Shown here: positions 34,144-43,611 of the stretch, in pieces | Position numbering within the stretch: the first letter of the stretch is position 1 | Layout: each line of letters opens with the position of its first letter | DNA from: a virus | Taxonomy: Duplodnaviria; Caudoviricetes | DNA length: 64,000 nt | Direction: 5' to 3' (one strand) | IMG/VR virus record: IMGVR_UViG_3300016486_001578 | Translations under genes and position numbers: made by a program | The notes under the pieces: model-generated | Databases searched by the model: none | Told to the model about the DNA's origin: nothing | Seen by the model: only the letters and a program-made list of their open reading frames with translations

Positions 34144-34716
34144 ATGAAGCACCTAAAAATATTTGAAAACTTTAATTCTGATGAGAAAATTCATGAAATT
34201 TGTAAAAAGCATAATATCAAAAATTATACTATAAATAAAGACCATTCAATAGATGTTGATGGTGATGTTTATTTATATAGAAAAGGATTAACTAAAATTC
34301 CACTGAAGTTTAGAAAAGTTAGTGGATATTTTGATTGCGATGATAACAGTTTAACTTCATTAGAGGGCTCTCCAACTTCAGTCGGTGGTGATTTTTATTG
34401 TGATAATAATAAATTAACTTCATTAGAGGACTCTCCAACTTCAGTCGGTGGCCATTTTTATTGTGATAATAATAAATTAACTTCATTAGAAGGTTCCCCA
34501 ACTTCAGTCGGTGGTTATTTTTATTGTAATGATAATCCAGTCAATGAGGTATACAATCTATTCAATGATAAAGACAAAATAGAACTTCTAAACGACTATG
34601 ATATCTTTAGAAAGGTTGATGGAAAACCTGGTATTATTTTAGATAGACTAAATTCATTCTTAGAAGACATAGGAAAAGAGAGCGTCACTAAAGTTGAAGG
34701 ATATATTAATATATAG
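34144..34716 (+). CDS. Leucine-rich-repeat protein, 3 x 21-aa repeats
   Basis: MKHLKIFENF; repeat SVGGxFxCxxNxLTSLExxPT (63 bp). Confidence 0.9.
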   Translation: MKHLKIFENFNSDEKIHEICKKHNIKNYTINKDHSIDVDGDVYLYRKGLTKIPLKFRKVSGYFDCDDNSLTSLEGSPTSVGGDFYCDNNKLTSLEDSPTSVGGHFYCDNNKLTSLEGSPTSVGGYFYCNDNPVNEVYNLFNDKDKIELLNDYDIFRKVDGKPGIILDRLNSFLEDIGKESVTKVEGYINI

Positions 34717-34720
34717 TTTA

Positions 34721-35608
34721 ATGAAGCACCTAAAAATATTTGAAAACTTTAATTCTGATGAGAAAATTCATGAAATTTGTAGAAAATATAATATCGAAAA
34801 TTATACTATAAATCCGGATGGATCAATAGATGTTGATGGTAGTGTTTTTTTATATAGAAAAGGATTGACTAAAATTCCACTGAAGTTTAGAAAAGTTAGT
34901 GGATATTTTGATTGCGATGATAACAGTTTAACTTCACTAGAGTTTGCTCCAACTTCAGTCGGTGGATATTTTAATTGTTCTAGTAATAAATTAACTTCAT
35001 TAGAAGGTGCTCCAACTTCAGTCGGTGGCCATTTTTATTGTGATAATAATAAATTAACTTCACTAGAGTTTGCTCCAACTTCAGTCGGTGGAAATTATTA
35101 TTGCCATGATAACCGATTAACTTCATTAGAAGGTTCCCCAACTTCAGTCAGTGGTAATTTTTATTGCCATGATAACCGATTAACTTCATTAGAAGGTGCT
35201 CCAACTTCAGTCGGTGGAGATTTTAATTGCAATTATAATCAATTAACTTCATTAGAAGGTGCTCCAACTTCAGTCGGTGGCGGTTTTTATTGTTATAATA
35301 ATCAACTAACTTCATTAGAAGGTTCCCCAACTTCAGTCGGTGGTGATTTTTATTGTGATGATAATCAACTAACTTCATTAGAAGGTTCCCCAACTTCAGT
35401 CGGTGGTGATTTTTATTGTGATGATAATCCAGTCTATGAAGTCTGGAAATTATTTAAAGATTTGGATAAAATAGAAATTCTAAGTGATTCTGACATCTTT
35501 AGGGAGATTGATGGAAAGCCCGGTATTATTTTAGATAGGCTAAATTCATTCTTAGAAGACATAGGAAAAGAAAAGGTTGATGGAGTCAAAGGATATATAA
35601 ACTTATAG
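34721..35608 (+). CDS. Leucine-rich-repeat protein, 8 x 21-aa repeats (tandem paralog)
   Basis: Same N- and C-caps as 34144-34716 plus five more repeats. Confidence 0.9.
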   Translation: MKHLKIFENFNSDEKIHEICRKYNIENYTINPDGSIDVDGSVFLYRKGLTKIPLKFRKVSGYFDCDDNSLTSLEFAPTSVGGYFNCSSNKLTSLEGAPTSVGGHFYCDNNKLTSLEFAPTSVGGNYYCHDNRLTSLEGSPTSVSGNFYCHDNRLTSLEGAPTSVGGDFNCNYNQLTSLEGAPTSVGGGFYCYNNQLTSLEGSPTSVGGDFYCDDNQLTSLEGSPTSVGGDFYCDDNPVYEVWKLFKDLDKIEILSDSDIFREIDGKPGIILDRLNSFLEDIGKEKVDGVKGYINL

Positions 35609-35938
35609 ATTAATTTTAATTATCTTGTATGGGTAATCCCTTTTATCATAGAACCTCATCCTTTCTTTAAAATGTGTATAGTGTATATTATTGAAATTAT
35701 CATGACTAAAGACATCAACCAAATCGAATATAGTTGCTTTCTTTTTATCAGCGTGTAGCCTAAGTGATCTACCAATAGATTGTATTATTATTTGCTCAGA
35801 CTTAAAAGAATCAGCAAAAATAACATTAAATATAGCATTTATTGATACACCGGTACTCAGTGTACCAAAACTCGCAATTAAAACCTTAGTCGCCCCTTCT
35901 TCTCTAATCTCTTTTCTTTTATCTATTATTCTCGCCAT
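35603..35938 (-). CDS. uvsW: UvsW-like helicase part 3 (motifs V-VI)
   Basis: KVLIASFGTLSTGVSI...QSIGRSLRLH...TIFDLVD. Confidence 0.85.
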   Translation of the reverse strand: MARIIDKRKEIREEGATKVLIASFGTLSTGVSINAIFNVIFADSFKSEQIIIQSIGRSLRLHADKKKATIFDLVDVFSHDNFNNIHYTHFKERMRFYDKRDYPYKIIKINL

Positions 35939-35941
35939 TAT

Positions 35942-36853
35942 TTATTTTATTGTTTCTATTAAGGAATCTAATAAATTAACGTTTTCATTATTTAAATGTT
36001 TTTCTAAAACCACATTATTAGTGTCTCTATATTTTCTTATTAGGTGTTTACTAAAGTTGTATTTTCTAACTACATCTTCCATATTTTCAAATATTTCAAT
36101 ATCACCGCCTTTTTTAATTATTTTTATCTTAGTCCCACATCTCTTTTTTCTATTTTTCATCTTTTCTAGGTAATCTAGGTCTTTCCATTTTTTCTTTATT
36201 TTTTTACCAGCATCTAATCTTTTAGACTTATCTTTATTTATAAGTGTCATCTTATTTTTAAAATTTCTCCTATAATCATCATCTAAGTTATCCCATCTAT
36301 CTTTAGTTTCTTTTCTTTTCTTCTCAACATTATCGGGGTTAGAATAATATTCATTCATTTGATTTGATTTTTCTAATCTCTTCTCTTCTGTCCAACATGA
36401 TTTCATTTTTTTACAAAATTTTTCATAATCATCATCACTTATATTTTCCCAAAATATATTAATTCTTTTTCTTTGTATTTCTGATGAATATCTATTGTCA
36501 AAATATTTGTTATTATTAGAATAGTTAATCATATATTCCTTATATTTTTCTGAATTCCTAAATTCTTTCATCATATCTGATTTCCCTTTTCTCCAATTAT
36601 TATATTTTTCTTTATCTTTCTTTAATTTAACCCAACCCTTTTTTGCAGCATTTGATGTTTCTTCTGAATTCTTATAATAGTTCATCATCCAATTTAATGG
36701 TCTTTGATATTTTCTTATATTTATTGCTTTAAATATCCATAAATGTGATAATTTATGATCCTCATAATCTAATTCAATTATATTCCACTCCTCATTTTCA
36801 TATTCTGGGAATGTCGATCTTGGTAGAATATGATGTTTTTCTGAATAATCCAT
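35942..36853 (-). CDS. Putative HNH homing endonuclease (real start probably 36971, via A7 frameshift)
   Basis: EKHHILPRS...NIIEL...DHKLSHLW; repetitive K-rich DNA-binding region. Confidence 0.75.
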   Translation of the reverse strand: MDYSEKHHILPRSTFPEYENEEWNIIELDYEDHKLSHLWIFKAINIRKYQRPLNWMMNYYKNSEETSNAAKKGWVKLKKDKEKYNNWRKGKSDMMKEFRNSEKYKEYMINYSNNNKYFDNRYSSEIQRKRINIFWENISDDDYEKFCKKMKSCWTEEKRLEKSNQMNEYYSNPDNVEKKRKETKDRWDNLDDDYRRNFKNKMTLINKDKSKRLDAGKKIKKKWKDLDYLEKMKNRKKRCGTKIKIIKKGGDIEIFENMEDVVRKYNFSKHLIRKYRDTNNVVLEKHLNNENVNLLDSLIETIK

Positions 36854-37007
36854 TTTCTCTTTTAATTCATAATTTATGAGTGTTGATATATATTTATCTA
36901 GATATTTATCATCATCTATATTTTTGTGCTTTTTTTATAAATTGATCCTTAATGAATTCATAATTTCTCATATACTATATATAAATTAACCATTACCCCC
37001 GTAGATA

Positions 37008-37793
37008 CTATTTTTTAAGTGTTTTAATAAAATCATCACTTATATCATCATATGGTGTTATATCTTCCGCCTTTTTATATTTACCATCACTAAGTAATAT
37101 CATAAAATTGGATTTAACATCTATTTCATAGTCGCCAAAATTTAGAATAGTGTATTCTACTTTGGTTTTAGTTTTCTCCATTTCTTTCTTAATTATCTCT
37201 CTATTCTTACCACTAATAGAACCATCAATATAATAAAATTCCTTATCCGGTATCTCCGATTTTAATTTATTTAATAATCTCTTACCATGTTCAATTGTAT
37301 AAAATAAAACTAATGTATTACCATCACATTTATCTACTATTTTCTTTATAAAATCTAATCGCTTTTCGGATATATGTATATAATCCTTTTCTAAACCGAA
37401 GGCTTCTTTTCCAAGACCGGCCTTTCGAACTTCGTTTATCTTATCTCCAAAATCAGAATCATTATGGTTTATTATCACTGCTTTTATCTCCATTGGCGTA
37501 ACAATTCCTTTTTTCTTTAATTCTGTTGCGGAAACTTCTGTTATTTTGGGCCCAAGAACAGATTGTATAGTTAATATCTCACAAGTGTCTTCTTCTGGTA
37601 TAGTACCACTAACACCAAATCTAGAATAAGCATGTCCGAATGTTTTTCCTAATATTTTAGTATATGTCTTGGCTTTAGACTGATGACAATTACTAACACA
37701 AACACTATTTGCAAAATAGTTATGATTGTCCTTTATCCTTAAATTATAAACATCACCACTATATCCTATCTTTTTAATACACTTAATCTTCAT
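37008..37793 (-). CDS. uvsW: UvsW-like helicase part 2, with split-intein C-part (aa 1-35) and a 53-aa intein-like tail
   Basis: MKIKCIKKIG..GDVYNLRI..NHNYFAN.V.VSN/CHQ; RFGVSGT (motif III); YYIDGS. Confidence 0.9.
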   Translation of the reverse strand: MKIKCIKKIGYSGDVYNLRIKDNHNYFANSVCVSNCHQSKAKTYTKILGKTFGHAYSRFGVSGTIPEEDTCEILTIQSVLGPKITEVSATELKKKGIVTPMEIKAVIINHNDSDFGDKINEVRKAGLGKEAFGLEKDYIHISEKRLDFIKKIVDKCDGNTLVLFYTIEHGKRLLNKLKSEIPDKEFYYIDGSISGKNREIIKKEMEKTKTKVEYTILNFGDYEIDVKSNFMILLSDGKYKKAEDITPYDDISDDFIKTLKK

Positions 37794-38608
37794 TTATATC
37801 TTTTTAATTTTCTGATTATATTATCACCATCTGGTTGGTTATCTAATAGGTGTATGAATTTTTCTTTATTCTCTATTATCCAATCTTCTGTTATGTAAAT
37901 AAACTCATAACCATTTAATAAACACCATTCTTCGGCATATCTTCTTTTTGTTGTATTTTTTGATAGACCAATAGTTGATTTTGGTTTTATCTCATATAAT
38001 ATTTTTTCATCATAATCAACAAAATCTATTATATAATTATGTGATATATCTTTAAATAAATATTCTATTCGTATATCTTCGTATAATAGTTTGGGGTTAC
38101 ATAGATGAAAGAAAGCCTCCCAGGAAGATCTATATCTAAATTTTTTATTATCAATGGTTAAGTATGAGAAACTACCGTGCCAGCTATTTGTAATGTTTGG
38201 AGTGAACGAACCATTTTTTATATTAGCCTTCATTTTCTTTGAATTTTTTCTACACATATTTTTGAAAGTTTCCTCAGACATTCTATGTGATGTGTTATTT
38301 TCACCCATTTGTCTAATTGATATACTTTTGTTATAACAATTATCTGAACAAAAACTATTAAATCCAAAATTTTCTTTATTTCTAATACCGACAAATATTC
38401 TTTCATTATCACATTCATCAATTTGGCATTTTTTTTCAATATTTTTAAGGTATGCGATTACATTTTTTATTGATATTTTAAAATTAAAATTTATGTTATT
38501 TTTTTCTAAAAATAACATAAATTTCTCTTCTTTCTCCTTCCGATTGAATATTGAGTATCTTTTTTCAAATATTAATTTATATATTTTATCCTTTTGCTTT
38601 TGATCCAT
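37790..38608 (-). CDS. Putative homing endonuclease (TnsA-like PD-(D/E)XK)
   Basis: YRSSWE...YE.IRIEY...YIIDF...EIKP; upstream CSDNC Zn motif; lies between the split-intein halves. Confidence 0.7.
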   Translation of the reverse strand: MDQKQKDKIYKLIFEKRYSIFNRKEKEEKFMLFLEKNNINFNFKISIKNVIAYLKNIEKKCQIDECDNERIFVGIRNKENFGFNSFCSDNCYNKSISIRQMGENNTSHRMSEETFKNMCRKNSKKMKANIKNGSFTPNITNSWHGSFSYLTIDNKKFRYRSSWEAFFHLCNPKLLYEDIRIEYLFKDISHNYIIDFVDYDEKILYEIKPKSTIGLSKNTTKRRYAEEWCLLNGYEFIYITEDWIIENKEKFIHLLDNQPDGDNIIRKLKRYK

Positions 38609-38625
38609 GTCCTTCTGTGCTTTTG

Positions 38626-39729
38626 TTATATATTAAAATTAATATCCAATATTTCTTCATCAACATTTAATTCATCGACCCTTTTCCATTCACCACTTAT
38701 TAGTTTTACTTTATGATTGCCTGTTATTTTTAATACTTCTCCGTTATCTAGTGATATCTCATATATATCATCAGATTTTGTTAGATTCTTATAAACAAAA
38801 TCAACTTCTTTATTTTCTATTAGGAGGCTTTCTTCATTTATGGTTTTGACAAAATCGCCTATTTTTATTTCGGATATATTTTTTTTTGATCCATCTGACA
38901 TAGTTATTTTAGTAGATGGGTGCAAACACTCATCAGTTATCACCGTATGAAACTGTTTAAAGAAGCTTTTTGGCCACTTATCTAGTGATTGATAAGTTCC
39001 TATGTATATGTTAGCATCTTTTGTTCCGGTGTGTTTTCTTGGCTTCTCCGACATTATCTCCTCAACTCTTATATCACAAGCAGTATATTTTACTTCTTTT
39101 GTTAATATAGCGTCTAATTTAGCATCTCTTACTTCAATTAAATTATTTATACCATGATTATACTCAACTATATTATCATAAAATTGTGTAACTAATGTTA
39201 TTGATGGTACTATTATCAAGAATTTAGCACTTTTGTCTATCTTATGTAATGTATAAAACATCACGATTGATATTATCAGTGATTTTCCACCAGATGTGGC
39301 AACTTCGGCCATACAATATCTATTTTTTAGAATTTTATAAGCACTCTCTACTTGATGATCATATGGAGTAAATGATATCCAATCTCCACTCTTTGTCTTT
39401 ATTTTATGATTTTTGAAAAATTCATCACAAAAATCTTTCACTTTCTCTAAAGTAACATCTCTATTTATTGGGAAGTCTTCTTTATTTTCTAAAATGAAAG
39501 GAACGCCTATTTCCTGACAAGCTCTAAGTGATTCTTTCCAAAGGCCTAAATTTATCTTACCATCTCTAAAATATGAATTTTTGCCATTCCAAACACCCAT
39601 CTTAACCAATGGCATATATTTATATCCCTTAACATGTCTTGTTAACCAAAGATCAAGCTGGTGATACTCTATTCGTGTTGCCTCACTAACAACTATCTCT
39701 TCTTTTTTCTTATCATATCTAAATTTCAT
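38626..39729 (-). CDS. uvsW: UvsW-like SF2 helicase part 1, with split-intein N-part (aa 268-367)
   Basis: PYDHQ, ATSGGKS (Walker A), IIVPSITLVTQ, TYQSL, VITDE/CLHPST...ITGNHKV...WKRVDEL. Confidence 0.92.
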   Translation of the reverse strand: MKFRYDKKKEEIVVSEATRIEYHQLDLWLTRHVKGYKYMPLVKMGVWNGKNSYFRDGKINLGLWKESLRACQEIGVPFILENKEDFPINRDVTLEKVKDFCDEFFKNHKIKTKSGDWISFTPYDHQVESAYKILKNRYCMAEVATSGGKSLIISIVMFYTLHKIDKSAKFLIIVPSITLVTQFYDNIVEYNHGINNLIEVRDAKLDAILTKEVKYTACDIRVEEIMSEKPRKHTGTKDANIYIGTYQSLDKWPKSFFKQFHTVITDECLHPSTKITMSDGSKKNISEIKIGDFVKTINEESLLIENKEVDFVYKNLTKSDDIYEISLDNGEVLKITGNHKVKLISGEWKRVDELNVDEEILDINFNI

Positions 39730-39824
39730 ATTAACTTATATATTAATATTATGATTTTTCCACCGGTTTTTTACAAAAAAGGGAAGGAGACTTATGTAAT
39801 ATATACATAAAAATAAATTTAAAC

Positions 39825-40208
39825 ATGAGTATTTTATCATTCCTAAAAAATCTTTTTACTAAACAAGAAGTTAAACAAGTCGAAGAGACCAAACAAGAAG
39901 TTAAACAAGAAGTTAAACAAGAAGTTAAACAAGTTGTTAAAAAAGTTGAAGAGACCAAACAAGAAGTTAAGCAAGAAGTTGAGCAAGTTAAAGAAGTTGT
40001 TGAAGCAAAGAAAGAAACACCCAAGGCTACGCCTAAGAAAGCTACAGCAAAGTCACCTAAGAAAACTACAACTAAAAAGAAGACATCCACAAAAGAAAAA
40101 CCAGTAACGGCAAAGGATATTAAATCAAAAGCTAAAGAAACTAAAGAAGATAAACCTAAGGCAAAAAGAAAATATACAAAAAGAAAGCCTAAGACTCCTA
40201 AGAAGTAA
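39825..40208 (+). CDS. Low-complexity protein: KQEV repeats + histone-H1-like basic tail
   Basis: Repeated KQEV (12-bp unit), then K/T/P-rich tail. Confidence 0.7.
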   Translation: MSILSFLKNLFTKQEVKQVEETKQEVKQEVKQEVKQVVKKVEETKQEVKQEVEQVKEVVEAKKETPKATPKKATAKSPKKTTTKKKTSTKEKPVTAKDIKSKAKETKEDKPKAKRKYTKRKPKTPKK

Positions 40209-40229
40209 TAGATTAATGAGAAAAATGAT

Positions 40230-40255
40230 AAAACCACCATATTATGGTGGTTTTT
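40230..40255 (+). terminator. Intrinsic terminator
   Basis: AAAACCACCAT-ATT-ATGGTGGTTTTT. Confidence 0.8.
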
Positions 40256-40324
40256 CTGTTTTGGTGTAATTTAAATTAAAAGGGTTTTTTAATTTAATAT
40301 ATAATAAAAAATAAATAAATTAAT

Positions 40325-40666
40325 ATGAAAACTAAAGTCGAAATCGAAATAGGGGATTATGAAATCCAAATTGAAGAAGTAGATGGTGTAATATCTGTAA
40401 GAGCTGAAAAAGATGATGAGGTTGTTGAAGAATTTTCTATCACTACCGAAGAAGTAGAAGGAGAAGACTCAGAGATGGGTGATGATGAAGAAGGTGATGA
40501 GATAAAAGGATTCGGTGAATTCGGTGATGAAGAAGAAGATTTTGGATCTGAAGATCTAGAAGGCGAAGCTGGAGAAGGCGAAACCGAAGAATCTGAAATG
40601 GATATCGAAGAATTAGAAGACGAAGGTACACTAGAATCTTTTCAATCTTTTATAAGTAAAAAATAA
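40325..40666 (+). CDS. Highly acidic protein, possible prohead core/scaffold component
   Basis: E/D-rich; ends LESFQSFISKK; TAATATATA at 40295. Confidence 0.5.
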   Translation: MKTKVEIEIGDYEIQIEEVDGVISVRAEKDDEVVEEFSITTEEVEGEDSEMGDDEEGDEIKGFGEFGDEEEDFGSEDLEGEAGEGETEESEMDIEELEDEGTLESFQSFISKK

Positions 40667-40674
40667 GAACAAAA

Positions 40675-41751
40675 ATGCACAATTTCATTTCATTCATAAA
40701 AGAAAGTGAAAGCAAGATTATTAAATATTATGCCTTTGATTGGGATGATAATATTGTTAATATGCCGACCGTTATACATATGGAAAAACTAATTGATGGT
40801 GATTGGGTACCAACTGATGTTTCTACATCAGAATTTGCTGAGGTAAGAGGTGATAAAGAAAATTGGAGACTATTAAGTGATCCAGAGAAATCATTCTCTG
40901 AATTTAGAGATACAGGACCAAGGGGCGAAGTAGCCTTCTTAGAAGACCTAAAACACGCAATTGAATTAGGCAATTATGGCCCAGCTTGGGATGATTTTAT
41001 AGAGTGCTTAACGACTGGTTCGTTATTTGCTATAATAACTGCGAGGGGACATGAGCCAAAAGCAATAAGAACTGGAATAGAATGGTTATTAGATAATGTT
41101 TTGTCTCCTGACCAAATGTATGATATGTATAATCATTTGATGAAATTCGCATATCTATTCAGAGATGAAGAAGAATTTGATAGATTATTAAAAGGAAAAC
41201 CATCCGAGAATAAACTAATATCTAAATTTTTAGATAGTTGTGATTATGTTGGTGTTTCTGCTCCATCAAGAGGATCGGACTCAGCATCGAATCCGGAAAA
41301 GGCTAAAGTAAATGCTTTGTTGGAATTTAAAACAAAAGTTAATGATTTATGCTCACAGATAGGATACAAAGCGATGGTTGGGTTTTCGGATGATGACTTA
41401 GGTAATGTAAAACATATCGAAGACTTAGTTGATAGCTTAACACACGAACAGTTCCCGAATATAATAAAATATGTAGTTAAGGGAACTAATGATCCAAAAA
41501 ACATGACCAAAACAGTTAGAACAATGGGTCCACCAAAAGATACTACACTAACAGAAACAAATCAAGCACCTGGATTAGAATCATCTATTATGCCGTTTTC
41601 TTCATTTAATAATATGACTACCCGGCTTTACCCAAGTGGTGAAAAAAATAGACAAGATGATTTTGCTAATCGGTTTCAAAAAAAAACTGAAAAATTAGCT
41701 AAAATGTCTAAAGAATTGGTAAAACCAGTTAAGAAGAAAAAAAAGAAATAA
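40675..41751 (+). CDS. HAD-superfamily hydrolase
   Basis: AFDWDDNI (DxD), IITARGH, K, GFSDDD. Confidence 0.75.
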   Translation: MHNFISFIKESESKIIKYYAFDWDDNIVNMPTVIHMEKLIDGDWVPTDVSTSEFAEVRGDKENWRLLSDPEKSFSEFRDTGPRGEVAFLEDLKHAIELGNYGPAWDDFIECLTTGSLFAIITARGHEPKAIRTGIEWLLDNVLSPDQMYDMYNHLMKFAYLFRDEEEFDRLLKGKPSENKLISKFLDSCDYVGVSAPSRGSDSASNPEKAKVNALLEFKTKVNDLCSQIGYKAMVGFSDDDLGNVKHIEDLVDSLTHEQFPNIIKYVVKGTNDPKNMTKTVRTMGPPKDTTLTETNQAPGLESSIMPFSSFNNMTTRLYPSGEKNRQDDFANRFQKKTEKLAKMSKELVKPVKKKKKK

Positions 41752-41754
41752 TCT

Positions 41755-41783
41755 AAAGACCCAAACATTTGGGTCTTTTTTTT
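41755..41783 (+). terminator. Intrinsic terminator
   Basis: AAAGACCCAAA-CA-TTTGGGTCTTTTTTTT. Confidence 0.85.
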
Positions 41784-41793
41784 GGTTAATTTT

Positions 41794-41802
41794 TAATATA
41801 TA
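41794..41802 (+). promoter_or_regulatory. Putative phage late promoter TAATATATA, representative of ~20 copies
   Basis: Just upstream of start codons at 14431, 20378, 29521, 32404, 34130, 34707, 39797, 40295, 41794, 46013, 57728, 59151 (+) and 6895, 8750, 13706, 23097, 25610, 29175, 39737, 45277, 57180 (-); analogous to T4 TATAAATA. Confidence 0.65.
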
Positions 41803-41806
41803 AATA

Positions 41807-43588
41807 ATGTTAAAGTATATAGAATTCATATTAGAAAATGCTGATAATTTTAAATTATATTATTCGTATGATTTTAAATATATTCTAAAAAATATGGAAT
41901 CAGATAAAGTAGCAAAACTTTTATTACAAATAGAGGACAACTCATATTTTACTGGAAAACAAACACTAATTGATATTACTGATAAGAACGATAAGATTTC
42001 TTTTGTACAGAGTAATAGAATTTCTAGAAAAACACCAAAACTTAAAGATGAGATAAACTTACCAATTACAATAAGAAATAGTCAAATGACAAACAGATAT
42101 CCTTTGTGGGATTCTAATAGAACCGAGATGTCTATAGGTAGATGGGTAAATAAGACATTCACTGACGTTTTACAAAAACACGATAAATCATTATCTTTAA
42201 GTAATTCTGATTTAGAAAAATTTGTAAATAATTATAAATCAACATATGATGAGGGAACTGACTTAGGTCTTGAATTAGTAGAGGGAGAAGAAATAAGACA
42301 TTGGTATTGTTTTGAAAATTACGAAAAGCGAGATGGTCAATTAGGTAGCTCTTGTATGAGACAGAAACGTAAATCTAAATTTTTTGATATTTATGTTAAA
42401 AATCCAGATGCTTGTAAGTTATTAATATTAAAATCTAAAGAAGATGAAACAAAAATAAAAGGACGTGCATTAGTTTGGAGATTAGATAATGGTGATTACT
42501 ACCAAGATAGGATATATACACATGCTGATCACGATTTTGTATCATTTGAAAAATGGGCTAAGAAGAAAGGAATGAAATATTATAGCAATAATGAGTATGA
42601 TATTATGAAAATAACACTTGGTACTGATGGTGACTTTGAATATGAATACTACCCATATATGGATACCTTCAAATATTATAGCCCGGGCGAAAAAATATTA
42701 ACAAATAATGAATCTAAGTTTCCAAATTGGGGATATCAAAGACTCGAAAGTGTTGATGGTGGTTTTGATCCAGAAGATTCGGTTTGGTCTGATTGGGATG
42801 ATAGTTTTATATCAGCACGAGATTCAATAGAAACAATAGATGCTGGGATAATGAGAAAGGATCAAGCAATTTATGTAAAATTTAGAGATGAGTGGTATTC
42901 ACCAGATTATTATAACTTAGTATATTCTAATACTGACCAAGAAACACACCATATAGATGATTGTGTATTTAGTGAGATATTAGATGATTGGTTGTTCGTC
43001 ACAGATGATTTGATTGAATTGGAGGGAGGGGATTATTGTAGCAAAGATATGGAATACCTCTATTTTAAATCTGATGATAAATATTTTTCTAGGATTTATT
43101 GGATAAGAGACCCATTTACTAGTAATTTAATAGACAAAGAATCATTTAAAGACATAAATAAAAAACTAAAATCAGAGTTAGGAGATTATGATAAAGCTGA
43201 GTCTAGATTGATGGAAATTTTCAAAAATAAAGACTTTGATATAGAAAAGGTGTATAATTATATTAATAATAATAAATTTTATATCAAAGAAGTACGAAAC
43301 ATCTATTGGGGTATGGATCACAAACCGGATCCTAATTTAATTTTAGAAATAATAATAAATAGTATACCATTAAATATTAAAGATAGAATTAGAGTTGGGC
43401 CTTCATTTCTTGATATAAATAAAAAAATGGTATTCTATTCCGGTGATGATTGTCCGAATATAAATGGATGGCAATATTTACTAAAAGATAGAGTTTTTAA
43501 ATTTATTAAATTCTTTGATTATGAACTACTTGGAGAGGAGATATATAAAATATTCGTTTACTTTAACACAAAGAATAGAGAACAATAA
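41807..43588 (+). CDS. Conserved phage protein with capsid-targeting-like N-terminus
   Basis: MLKYIEFILE; GQLGSSCMR...YVKNP...GRALVW...DRIY...YPYMDTF. Confidence 0.6.
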   Translation: MLKYIEFILENADNFKLYYSYDFKYILKNMESDKVAKLLLQIEDNSYFTGKQTLIDITDKNDKISFVQSNRISRKTPKLKDEINLPITIRNSQMTNRYPLWDSNRTEMSIGRWVNKTFTDVLQKHDKSLSLSNSDLEKFVNNYKSTYDEGTDLGLELVEGEEIRHWYCFENYEKRDGQLGSSCMRQKRKSKFFDIYVKNPDACKLLILKSKEDETKIKGRALVWRLDNGDYYQDRIYTHADHDFVSFEKWAKKKGMKYYSNNEYDIMKITLGTDGDFEYEYYPYMDTFKYYSPGEKILTNNESKFPNWGYQRLESVDGGFDPEDSVWSDWDDSFISARDSIETIDAGIMRKDQAIYVKFRDEWYSPDYYNLVYSNTDQETHHIDDCVFSEILDDWLFVTDDLIELEGGDYCSKDMEYLYFKSDDKYFSRIYWIRDPFTSNLIDKESFKDINKKLKSELGDYDKAESRLMEIFKNKDFDIEKVYNYINNNKFYIKEVRNIYWGMDHKPDPNLILEIIINSIPLNIKDRIRVGPSFLDINKKMVFYSGDDCPNINGWQYLLKDRVFKFIKFFDYELLGEEIYKIFVYFNTKNREQ

Positions 43589-43611
43589 AGTATTTTGTCC
43601 ATATAAAAAAC

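Noticed and set aside
34300-35430. CRISPR array or DGR variable region in the 63-bp repeats
   Set aside because: Repeats are in-frame coding LRR units without unique spacers. Variable codons look AAT-derived, but synonymous adenines in CCA/TCA are invariant and no reverse transcriptase or template repeat is in the window, so a DGR is unsupported here though not excluded
36930-36936. Programmed frameshift in the HNH gene 5' region
   Set aside because: One-base excess in an A7 run, like other homopolymer shifts in the window; likely error or simple slippage
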